From: Candidatus Latescibacterota bacterium
GTDB taxonomy: Bacteria > Latescibacterota > UBA2968 > GCA-2709665
Length of the DNA stretch: 64,000 bases
NCBI GenBank assembly: GCA_965226795.1
Contig: CBDDDZ010000005.1
Location: forward strand, 2,528,001 to 2,592,000
Direction: 5' to 3'
The position numbers were made by a program, and so were the translations under genes. Positions within the stretch are counted from its first letter, which is position 1, and every line of letters starts with the position of its first letter. The notes under the pieces were generated by a model. That model did not search any database, had not been told where the DNA came from, and worked only from the letters and a program-made list of their open reading frames with translations. This document shows positions 49,765 through 58,761 of this stretch, piece by piece.

Positions 49765-52125
49765 ATGCCCTCGTCCGCAACCCAATCGTCCGCCCGTGCG
49801 GTCACCGTGATGATTTACACCCGTTATGAATATCGCAAGGTGTACGCCCGGGTCCACCTGCTCGGCGAAGCCCATCTCGCACGTGGCGGCCGAGTTGAAC
49901 TGGTCCTGTACAGTACGCGCTCAGGGGAAACACGAGAACGCAGAGTCATCAGAAACATAGGGCATGACGAAGTCGCCTTCGACACCCGAAATATCCCGTC
50001 GGGATGCTGTGACTTCAAAGCCACGTTTGTCGACCGGTTCGGAACCCGGTTCGCCACCCGGACGCTTCAGGACAAATGGCCGGGCGACCTCCCATGGCTG
50101 GGGTCCCGTGCCGGAATCTCCCGCCAAGTGCCCGAACCATGGACGCCACTGGCCACGTCGGAATCCGGGGACGGCCTGGAAATCAGCTGTTGGGGCAGAA
50201 CATATGTTTTTTCAACGACCGCTTTCGCCTCGGGGGTGAGTTCCGCCGGCAGCCAGCTACTCGCCGGCCCCTTAAGGCCGGTCGCCCGAGTAAACGGCGA
50301 AAAAATCCGCTGGACCAGCGGCCATCTCGAACTGATCTCGGCAGAGAGAGACCAAGTGGTCTTCAATGTCCGTTTTGAATCCCCTGCTGGTCTCGCCGTG
50401 ACTGCCAGAACCGAGATCGACTTCGACGGAATGGCGCGAATAGACTGGTCCGTCACGGCCAGCACCATCCTGCGCCTCGACGCGCTTTCGGTTGAAATGC
50501 CCGTTCTCAAGAACCACGCCAAGTACCTGTACCACTTTCCGGGAAGCTGGGGCGAGGTCAGAAACGTCGGGGCGCTGTCGGAAAGCCATCTCAAGCTGGG
50601 GTTTCGCCCGTACATATGGCTTGGCGACGAGGATCGCGGCATTTCGTTGTTTACGGAATCGGACGCCGGCTTTCACATCCGAAATCCACGGAAAGTCACC
50701 GAAATCGACCGGCGGAAGAATCGTGTGCGGCTTCGCATCCACTGCGTCTCGACCCCAATCAAACTCGTTCCAGGCAGCAGCGAGGGCGGACAATTCACGG
50801 GCTTCGGAACCGAAGACGTCAAGCCGCTCACGCCCGGCGGCGTCGTTACAGATAGACTCCGATATACCTTCGGGCTGCAGGCCACCCCCGTCAAGCCCAT
50901 CGTAAACGACGCCTGGGATCAGCGTGTTTTCTGTATCGGCCAAACCACAACCGGCTTCAGCCCGCGCCTCAACGTCTCGGACGCTCTGTTGGACAGATGT
51001 GTAGAATCGGGCGTCGGCGCCGTCGTGCTTTTTGAACACTGGACGGATGCCGAAGCCTATACCCGGACGCCCCATGCCGCCGAAGTCCGAAAAATCGTCG
51101 AGGCCTGCAAGAGTCGCGGCCTCCAGATCCTGCTCTATTTCGGCTTCCTCATTTCGGACATCATCGACGAATGGCAGGCCCTGGGCAAAGACGCGCTCAT
51201 CCTGCCCAAGGGCGGGTATCCCGTCTTCCACTACCAGCCGCAGCCCGAACAGGCCGCCTGGCGAGTCTGCCTCAACAGCCCATGGCAGGACCTGCTCACC
51301 GACGGCATCGCAAGAGTGATGGATGAATTCGACATCGACGGCGTCTACCTGGACGGGACCGAATATCCGTTCGGCTGCTGCAACACCGAACACGGCTGCG
51401 GGCATGTCAGAGCTGACGGCAGTATCGCCCAGACCTATCCCATCTTCAGCGCGCGCTCCGCGATGCGGCGCATCTACGAAATCGTAAAATCCCACAAGAA
51501 AGACGGACATGTTAACGTTCACAACTCCACGTGCATGACCATGCCCTCCCTCGGCTGGGCGACAGGCTACTGGGACGGCGAGCAATTCCAGGGCGTCGGC
51601 AGCGGGGTGGACGTTGCCCGACTGTTACCCCTGGACGCCTTTCGCGCCGAATTCATGGGCCGCCAGTGGGGCGTACCCGCCGAATTCCTCCACGCAGGCG
51701 CCGCGTACACGTATGAACAGGCCTGGGCATTCACGCTGTTGCACGACGTGCCCGTCCGACCGCACAATGCGGACGAAGACCTGGACCTCGCTGCCGAAAT
51801 CTGGCGGGCAATGGACGCATTCGGCCGCCAAAACGCGGAATGGATTCCATATTGGCGGAACCACGACTACATACGCGTTTCTCCTAAAAACGCCCATGCC
51901 AGCATCTATCGCCACCCCGAAAACGGCGTACTTGCGGCTATTTCCAACATGGACAACAAACGCAAGACCGTCACGGTCAGGCTGAACATGAAGGAGTTAG
52001 GCCTCCAGGCTTCCGCGAATGCGAAGGATACCCTAAAAAACAAAACCGTCCCTATCAGGGACGGCGTTTTGGAATTTCCTCTTTCAAGCCTCGAGTGGAG
52101 ACTCATCCGGATCCGCAATGCGTGA
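49765..52125 (+). CDS. DUF6067-like putative glycoside hydrolase
   Basis: VPEPWTP, CWGRTY, PYIWLGDEDRG, FGLQATPVKP, DGVYLDG, WDGEQ. Confidence 0.65.
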   Translation: MPSSATQSSARAVTVMIYTRYEYRKVYARVHLLGEAHLARGGRVELVLYSTRSGETRERRVIRNIGHDEVAFDTRNIPSGCCDFKATFVDRFGTRFATRTLQDKWPGDLPWLGSRAGISRQVPEPWTPLATSESGDGLEISCWGRTYVFSTTAFASGVSSAGSQLLAGPLRPVARVNGEKIRWTSGHLELISAERDQVVFNVRFESPAGLAVTARTEIDFDGMARIDWSVTASTILRLDALSVEMPVLKNHAKYLYHFPGSWGEVRNVGALSESHLKLGFRPYIWLGDEDRGISLFTESDAGFHIRNPRKVTEIDRRKNRVRLRIHCVSTPIKLVPGSSEGGQFTGFGTEDVKPLTPGGVVTDRLRYTFGLQATPVKPIVNDAWDQRVFCIGQTTTGFSPRLNVSDALLDRCVESGVGAVVLFEHWTDAEAYTRTPHAAEVRKIVEACKSRGLQILLYFGFLISDIIDEWQALGKDALILPKGGYPVFHYQPQPEQAAWRVCLNSPWQDLLTDGIARVMDEFDIDGVYLDGTEYPFGCCNTEHGCGHVRADGSIAQTYPIFSARSAMRRIYEIVKSHKKDGHVNVHNSTCMTMPSLGWATGYWDGEQFQGVGSGVDVARLLPLDAFRAEFMGRQWGVPAEFLHAGAAYTYEQAWAFTLLHDVPVRPHNADEDLDLAAEIWRAMDAFGRQNAEWIPYWRNHDYIRVSPKNAHASIYRHPENGVLAAISNMDNKRKTVTVRLNMKELGLQASANAKDTLKNKTVPIRDGVLEFPLSSLEWRLIRIRNA

Positions 52126-52134
52126 ACTGTTTTC

Positions 52135-53115
52135 TCAGGGTTCGTTGACCGCCTGCAACAACGCGTGGATGTACCCGTACGTATAGGCGAAAGCGACCTG
52201 AGCAGGTTCCTCCCCCGAAATACCGGGGACGTGATCCGGCATGATCATATACTCGTAACCGACCTCTTTGAACGTCCGCAGCGCTCTGAGCATGTTAACA
52301 TCCCCTTCGTCGGGAAATACCTCCACGAAGTCCCTGAATCCACCCCTTATATTTCGAAAATGCAGGTTGAAGATCTTTTTGCGCCGGCCGAACCAGCGGA
52401 TAATTTCGTAGATATCTTCACCCGGATTTTCGAGGCTTTCGGATATCGTGCCAAGACAGAAATTAAGCCCGTTGTAGGGGCTGTCGTATAATTCAACGAA
52501 CTTCTTGAGCCCATCCACCATGCCCATCACACGGGCTACGCCCCGGTACGTGCGATCCCCTATACCCGGGTCAGACGGATGGCAGGCCATCTGAATACGG
52601 TACTCTTCGGCCACCGGCATAACGCGTCCGAGCCAGTAGTCGATGCGTCCCCACATGGTATCGGCATCGGCCGCCCCGCCTTCGAATTCTCCAAGCGACT
52701 GGTCCAGTTTCTTGTATTCAAAAGAGGACAACCGCGCCCCGCCGCGACCGTATCGGGATTCGGTCCGGAGGTGGCCCAGAATGGTAATATTGTAATTGAG
52801 ACCGCGAAGCCCCGCCCTGGACGCCATCCGGACGATATCGCACAGCCGGTCGATCTGCCGATCCCGTTCATCGCTCGGCCCCAGAAACACGGCACCCGCC
52901 GGGTTCCTGAAGGCAGAGCCTGACCCGAGTGGAATGTGAATCATCTCGAGATTGATGCCGTACCGGTCGAATCGTTCGCGCATTCGGATCAGCATTTCCG
53001 CCGTCCATTCGGTCCATTGCGCCGTTGGCATCTGGTCCACGTTGTACACGCCCAGCTGCGAAAGGACCTTTATATCGGTTTCATCGCGACATCCGACCTG
53101 GGTTCCTATGTACAT
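52135..53115 (-). CDS. uxuA: Mannonate dehydratase family protein
   Basis: MPVAEE..I.MACHPSDP, NGLNFCLG, HFRNI, EGDVNM, PDHVP, YTYGYI. Confidence 0.82.
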   Translation of the reverse strand: MYIGTQVGCRDETDIKVLSQLGVYNVDQMPTAQWTEWTAEMLIRMRERFDRYGINLEMIHIPLGSGSAFRNPAGAVFLGPSDERDRQIDRLCDIVRMASRAGLRGLNYNITILGHLRTESRYGRGGARLSSFEYKKLDQSLGEFEGGAADADTMWGRIDYWLGRVMPVAEEYRIQMACHPSDPGIGDRTYRGVARVMGMVDGLKKFVELYDSPYNGLNFCLGTISESLENPGEDIYEIIRWFGRRKKIFNLHFRNIRGGFRDFVEVFPDEGDVNMLRALRTFKEVGYEYMIMPDHVPGISGEEPAQVAFAYTYGYIHALLQAVNEP

Positions 53116-53289
53116 GATACGTCCTTTCGGTTGATTTCAATTCACGGAAAAGGAACGACGACCTGAAAAGAAGGCGCCTGTTCTGTCCGGTTCGCCGTTT
53201 ACCGTCGGCGGACCAATTAACCCGGAATTCGGCGGACGGGCAAGGCAACCGGGAGATCATCGACAATCGGTGCCGTTGTTTCGTTGGGT

Positions 53290-54168
53290 TTACAGCTTAC
53301 CGATTGTGGGACGGGAGGGCAGCGCCATCGAAAACTGGGCTACGCTCTCCCATGGCGGTTTGAGTGCATGTCGAGAGGCCACCGGCTCGGGCTGACGGTA
53401 CCGCACATGCACCGTGTGCCTTGGACGCCGGGTGTGTCTGACGGATCCACAATGATAGCTGCAATTATTAAACACGACAGCCGTTCCCGCCCGCCCGTAT
53501 ATATCTACCCGACCCGTGCGGCGAGTCAGTTCGCGTCCGAAGGCGTCCACCCATGTCGGATTCTCCGGATCCACGTAGCTGACTTCGGCGTCGTCGATGC
53601 GCAGCCGGTCGACTGCACCCCAACCGCTGCTACCGGTGCGCGTTGTGGGCAGATTTCTCTTGGTATCGACGCTTTCCGGAATGACGCTAAAGCAGTGAGA
53701 TCGGGCGTCAACGTCGTCCAGATAAAATATCACCTGAAGTGCCGGCACAAAAAAGTCGTTCCGGTTGGCGCCTTCCACGTTTCCACTGTCTTCCCGGTGC
53801 CACACACGCGTGAGACACAGCGGATCGTCACCGTCCTGATCTTCGGGGGGCCGGACGTCACAGGGCTCGCGCCTGAGAAACGTCAGACCGGACATTTGCG
53901 CGCCCGGGCCGAGAATGCGCTTGGCGATGGGTGCGATTGAGGGATGGCAGGCCAGTCCGTCCAGAGCCTCGGTCCGCTGGAGGAGCTCGGGCGCATCGCA
54001 GCCCACGGATAGATGACCGGACGCGGCCGGAGCGGGCACCCAATATTGCGGGTGCGCGGCCCGATCTGCGGCGATTCCGTCGTTGACTTCGGCAACCTCT
54101 TCATCCGTCAGCGCGTCGCGCACGACAATGTAACCGTTTTTTACGAAGAACCTGATCATTTCCTCCAT
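53290..54168 (-). CDS. Phytanoyl-CoA dioxygenase (PhyH)-family Fe/2OG enzyme
   Basis: FF..NGYIVVRDALT, WHRED, FYLDDVD, VIPES, GTAVVFN...H. Confidence 0.8.
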   Translation of the reverse strand: MEEMIRFFVKNGYIVVRDALTDEEVAEVNDGIAADRAAHPQYWVPAPAASGHLSVGCDAPELLQRTEALDGLACHPSIAPIAKRILGPGAQMSGLTFLRREPCDVRPPEDQDGDDPLCLTRVWHREDSGNVEGANRNDFFVPALQVIFYLDDVDARSHCFSVIPESVDTKRNLPTTRTGSSGWGAVDRLRIDDAEVSYVDPENPTWVDAFGRELTRRTGRVDIYGRAGTAVVFNNCSYHCGSVRHTRRPRHTVHVRYRQPEPVASRHALKPPWESVAQFSMALPSRPTIGKL

Positions 54169-54376
54169 GGGCGCTCTTCCTTTCTGTTATCCGTTCGTCC
54201 GCGTGAATCTCAGACCTCGCTCCAGCGCGTCTGATCCGATCATACCGCCGAATCTGAGGACGCGCGAACCGGTTTTGGCTGGTTGTCGCCCCGGACATCG
54301 ACGGCTTCGGTCCGCCTTTCCTCAAGCAATGAATAGATAGCAATGAAAGGCCATAAGTCAAGGTAAAAACTGCCGT

Positions 54377-54428
54377 AACCCTTGCTATGCGCAAGGGGGT
54401 TGCAGGACGCGAAGGCGATGGATATATT
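54377..54428 (+). promoter_or_regulatory. Sigma70-like promoter with adjacent inverted repeat, for the 54550-63332 gene run
   Basis: TTGCAG (54400-54405), 17 nt, TATATT (54423-54428); cccttgc/gcaaggg inverted repeat just upstream of -35. Confidence 0.5.
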
Positions 54429-54549
54429 ATACGAGATTTCATCGCTACGAAGCCGAATTTTCAATCTCACAGACCCTATGGATAGAAAATAGCAAATTGC
54501 GCCGGTACGCCACGCTCCGATCGCCGGAACCCGCAAGAAAGGACCCCCG

Positions 54550-56112
54550 ATGTCCAAACTCCCGGACGTTAACACAACCGATATCGCGGACGCCATCCGC
54601 CTAGGCTGCCGCACCATGTGCAGCGTGTTCAATGCCGACGACAACAACGTCCCCTTCTTCAGTTCCAGGGTGCTCCCGGAAGCCCGGTTGAGCTTCAGTT
54701 CCGTGCACTCCGAATCCCATGTTCCGGGGCGACACCTGAACGCCCTGCTCAACGCCGAAGACGCAATCGGCATCGAACTGGATGAACGCTGCGTCGACAA
54801 CCATGCCAATGCAGCCTTTCTTGCGTACAGCGGTCCGGTTGCCTTGCCGATCAACCGGGACTCCGTTGACGGGCCGCCGGTTAATTTCACACCGCACAAC
54901 TGCCGGGAAGGATTTCACGCGCTGTACCCGCTGGTCCGATTCCGGCATTCCGAACGCGCCCGGGAGATCGCCAAAGCCAGTATCCGGTCGATTCCGAAGT
55001 ACTGGAGTCCAGAAACCGGTTGGGATTACAATTACCTGGAAGGGGAACTCGGACTCCGGGTTCGTCGCTGCACCTTTATCGTGGGGCTCGGTCGATCCAT
55101 CGGCCCGCTGGTCAAGTACTATAAAGCAACGGGATACGGTCCCGCACTCGACCTGGCCATCGTCCTCAAGGACAAGGCGCTGGGGTTTTTCAACGACAGC
55201 GGCGACTACAACCGCGAGACCTTCGGGTCGCATACGCACTCCACCACATGCGTGATGTCGTCACTCGCCCAATTCGCCGAAGTGACGTCCGACGCCGATC
55301 TGATGAGCCGCGTGAAAGCCTTCTACGACAACGGCCTCCGGGAATTCAGCGATCCGCTCGGTTGGGTCATCGAAAACAGCGGGGACGATGCGCCTGCCGA
55401 CCGGGGAGAAATCAACAACTCCGGTGACATTCTCGAAACCGCCCTGATCCTCGGCCGCTGGGGATATCCTGAGTATTACGGCGACGCCGAACGCATCCTG
55501 CGGTGCCATATCCTGCCTTCCCAACTGCGCGACACATCCTTTATCAATGATCCACCCAACCCCGAATGCGAAGACGGCAAACGGGCCGTCGCCGACCGCC
55601 ACCTCGGCGCCTTCGGCTTTCCAGCCCCTTACGGTCACCATCCGATCGACACGGATTTCATCAGCTTCAACATGGATATCGTGGGGGGCGGGGTGGCCTC
55701 ACTCTGCGAGGCTTACCGGGAAATCGTCCGTACCGACGGCGCCGGCCACCGGGTCAATCTGCTCTTCGACCACGAAACGCCAGACCTGAGGATCGAATCA
55801 CCCTACACCCATCCGGCGCTGCGCGTCCGAGTAAAACGCGCGGGGCCGCTGTTCGTGCGTATCCCCGACTGGGTGGAAGCGTCACAAATCCGCACCCGCG
55901 GCGCGTGCGAAAAGCCGCGCCACACCAACGGCTATCTCTACGTGGCCCGGCCCCCGCTCAACCGTCCGATCACATTCGAGTTCCCACTCGTCGAACGGGA
56001 AATCGTCCTGGACCACCGAACCCGTCAGATCCGCACAAGCCTGCGGGGAGACGAAGTGGTGGCTATGGACAACTTTGGTGCGGATCTGACATTCTTCGAT
56101 CCGTACGAGTAA
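54550..56112 (+). CDS. Hypothetical (alpha/alpha)6 protein, distantly GH127/GH146-like
   Basis: AAGGA RBS; HTHS, GEINN.GD..E..L.L...G..EY..DAER..R.H; C-terminal VRIPDW beta domain. Confidence 0.6.
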   Translation: MSKLPDVNTTDIADAIRLGCRTMCSVFNADDNNVPFFSSRVLPEARLSFSSVHSESHVPGRHLNALLNAEDAIGIELDERCVDNHANAAFLAYSGPVALPINRDSVDGPPVNFTPHNCREGFHALYPLVRFRHSERAREIAKASIRSIPKYWSPETGWDYNYLEGELGLRVRRCTFIVGLGRSIGPLVKYYKATGYGPALDLAIVLKDKALGFFNDSGDYNRETFGSHTHSTTCVMSSLAQFAEVTSDADLMSRVKAFYDNGLREFSDPLGWVIENSGDDAPADRGEINNSGDILETALILGRWGYPEYYGDAERILRCHILPSQLRDTSFINDPPNPECEDGKRAVADRHLGAFGFPAPYGHHPIDTDFISFNMDIVGGGVASLCEAYREIVRTDGAGHRVNLLFDHETPDLRIESPYTHPALRVRVKRAGPLFVRIPDWVEASQIRTRGACEKPRHTNGYLYVARPPLNRPITFEFPLVEREIVLDHRTRQIRTSLRGDEVVAMDNFGADLTFFDPYE

Positions 56113-56202
56113 TCCCACCGCGCCATCGACGAAACCGCTTTCTTTGTGACAGCACCGTCCTGGAAAGCAGGGACAGATTCGAGCCACGGAAAGGAGTACG
56201 GT

Positions 56203-57297
56203 TTGAAGATTACCCGCATAGAGGCCACCCCGATCCGCGTACCTCGCCCGCAAACCTTTACCAGCAGTCTTGGGCGCAGCCAGGAAACGGAAAACGCGAT
56301 TGTCGAAATCCAGACCGATGAGGGCATTACCGGGATTGGCGAAATCTGCAGCATCTGGGACCGCAAGGGCCGGGGTCAGGCCGAAGATATCAACGATCTG
56401 CTTGCAGAAGCCCTTTCGGGCCGGGATCCTTTCCGTATTGCAGAAACTCACGCCCTGATGAACAGCCTGCTCCACCGCTCCGAACCGGCGAAAGCCGGCG
56501 TGGATATGGCCCTCTACGACATCGTTGGCAAGGCACTTAACACGCCGGTTTACAACCTGCTGGGCGGGCTGGTCCGGGACCGCGTTCTGCTCAGCCATTC
56601 GCTTTCCATGGGCGAACCGGATCAGGTCTCCGAACAGGCCGCCTCTCTCGCGACCCAGGGATACAAGACGCTCAAGGCAAAAATCGGCATGGATCAGGAA
56701 GCCGATCTTGCCACGGTAAAGGCCATCCGTGAACGTGTGGGAAACGACGTCGTACTGCGTGTGGACGCCAACATGGGCTGGCGCAACGCCAAAGAGGCCG
56801 TGCGCAATATCAAATCCCTCGAACCCTACCGGCTCGAACTGGTGGAACAACCTCTTCACTTCAGCGATCTGGAGGGTTTGCGGCACATCCGGGATCACGT
56901 AGACACACCCATTATGGCCGACGAGAGTGTCTGGACGCCCACCGACGCGATGGCCTGCATCAAGGCCGGGGCGGTGGACGTCTTCAATGTCTATGTGGCC
57001 GAAGCCGGGGGTATCTATCCCGCGGCGCAGATCTTCGCCATTGCCGAAGCCACCCGGTTACCCTGCATCATTGGCAGCATGCCTGAACTCGGCATCGGGA
57101 CGTCTGCACAAGCCCACCTCGCCTTTGCCATGCGAAACCTGGGCTATGCCAGCGACGTCAACGGCTTTGTCTATCACGCGGATGACGTCATCGTCGAAAC
57201 CCTGAATATAGAGGACGGTCATCTTCTGCCGCCCCCCGGACCGGGGCTGGGCGTGAGCCTGGACCGGGACAAAATCGACAGGTATCGCATCGCGTGA
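56203..57297 (+). CDS. Enolase superfamily enzyme, MLE/dipeptide-epimerase subgroup
   Basis: AAGGAG + TTG; TDEGITGIGE, DMALYD..GK, KAK, DAN, EQP, ADES, PGLG. Confidence 0.88.
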   Translation: MKITRIEATPIRVPRPQTFTSSLGRSQETENAIVEIQTDEGITGIGEICSIWDRKGRGQAEDINDLLAEALSGRDPFRIAETHALMNSLLHRSEPAKAGVDMALYDIVGKALNTPVYNLLGGLVRDRVLLSHSLSMGEPDQVSEQAASLATQGYKTLKAKIGMDQEADLATVKAIRERVGNDVVLRVDANMGWRNAKEAVRNIKSLEPYRLELVEQPLHFSDLEGLRHIRDHVDTPIMADESVWTPTDAMACIKAGAVDVFNVYVAEAGGIYPAAQIFAIAEATRLPCIIGSMPELGIGTSAQAHLAFAMRNLGYASDVNGFVYHADDVIVETLNIEDGHLLPPPGPGLGVSLDRDKIDRYRIA

Positions 57298-57346
57298 ACC
57301 CTCTCCCGGGACTCCGCATTCCACCTATTGACCACTGGAGCGCAAC

Positions 57347-58681
57347 ATGACCACCGCCAGAGCAGGTTGGGCGGAAGTTGAAACCACGCCACCACTCGGG
57401 TTGCCTATGGGAGGACGCGGCCCTCGCTTTACACCTGGCGGGAACATCCTCGATCCGCTCTGCGCACAGGCCACGGTACTGGAAGACCCCGAGGATAAGC
57501 GGACACTCTGGATTTCCGTCGACCTCGTTGGACTCTCGCCGATTGTCGCGGAACCTCTCCGTTACGACCTCTCCGCACTCACCGGTATTCCCATCGAGGC
57601 CGTTATTCTCAATTTCTCGCACACCCACAGCGGCCCCATGGGCGGCTTTGAAGGTTATGCCACGACTTTACCAAAACCGCGCGAACTCCACGCGTATGAC
57701 GGGATGTTGTGCCGAAACATCGTCCGCGTTGCGCTCGAAGCCGTGGAAAACCTTCAACCGGTCAGGGTAACCGAACACCGCGGCGCGTCGGTGGTTGGCA
57801 TCAACCGCCGCAGGAAAGACCCATCCGGAGAAATTGTGATGGGTCCCAACCCGGATGGCGCACACAACCCGGACCTGTGGCTGATCGACGTTTCAGCGAC
57901 GGAAAGCGACGACCGGTGTGTGGTTTTCAACTACGGTTGCCATCCGGTCATTGTCTACGGTTACGCCTGGGACGGCATCTCCGCCGACTATCCCGGTGTT
58001 TGCCGCAAAACCCTGCGGTCGATACTCGGCGCCAACACCCATTGCCAGTTCATTCAGGGGTTTGCGGGCAACATCCGACCCCGCGTTCTGGCCGACCTGG
58101 ATCGGGCAAGGTTTCGCGAATCCACGCCCGCCGACACGCTGGCTGCCGGAACGGAACTCGCAAGCGATATTGTCGGTGCACTCCGCAACAAAGGCACAAG
58201 GTTGGACCTCGACATCACGGCAGTTCAGGGACGTTTCCTTGCCCCGAGAGACCAGAGGAAAATACCGCCTGTGGACCACTGGCGGTCACTATTGAATGCG
58301 GAAGACGAACTCAGCCGGAATCTGGGCGGATATTGGATCGAGCGGCTCGAGAGTGGCGTTCCACCGGTAAAGGCGGTACCCTGGCCCGTTGGTCTGATAC
58401 GTCTCGCCGAAGGGCGCCGGATCGCCTGGATTGCGGGCGAAGTTCTCGCCGAATGGCTTGATCTCGTGAGAGCTTGGATTAACGACCCGAACCTGATCGC
58501 CTGGGGTTACTGCCAGGAAGGACGCGGTTACCTTCCCACCGACGAACTTCTGCCGGAAGGGGGTTATGAAGTTGACCGCGCCAACACCTACACCACCACC
58601 GGCCCGGGGCCCTTCGCGGAAGGCCTCAATGCGTCGGCTCGGCAGACCTTTCAGTCGCTTGTCCGTCAACTCCAGGTTTGA
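57347..58681 (+). CDS. Neutral/alkaline ceramidase-like amidohydrolase
   Basis: TPPLG..MGG, DPL.A, SHTHSGP, NRR, NYGCHP, ISADYPG, GYLPT..EGGYE. Confidence 0.8.
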   Translation: MTTARAGWAEVETTPPLGLPMGGRGPRFTPGGNILDPLCAQATVLEDPEDKRTLWISVDLVGLSPIVAEPLRYDLSALTGIPIEAVILNFSHTHSGPMGGFEGYATTLPKPRELHAYDGMLCRNIVRVALEAVENLQPVRVTEHRGASVVGINRRRKDPSGEIVMGPNPDGAHNPDLWLIDVSATESDDRCVVFNYGCHPVIVYGYAWDGISADYPGVCRKTLRSILGANTHCQFIQGFAGNIRPRVLADLDRARFRESTPADTLAAGTELASDIVGALRNKGTRLDLDITAVQGRFLAPRDQRKIPPVDHWRSLLNAEDELSRNLGGYWIERLESGVPPVKAVPWPVGLIRLAEGRRIAWIAGEVLAEWLDLVRAWINDPNLIAWGYCQEGRGYLPTDELLPEGGYEVDRANTYTTTGPGPFAEGLNASARQTFQSLVRQLQV

Positions 58682-58761
58682 CTTTCCGCCCCGCCTGCGC
58701 TCCGGCGTGCCTGCGGCGCCAGTCAGCGCGATAGCCGCATTCTAATTACAGCGTCGTCAAC

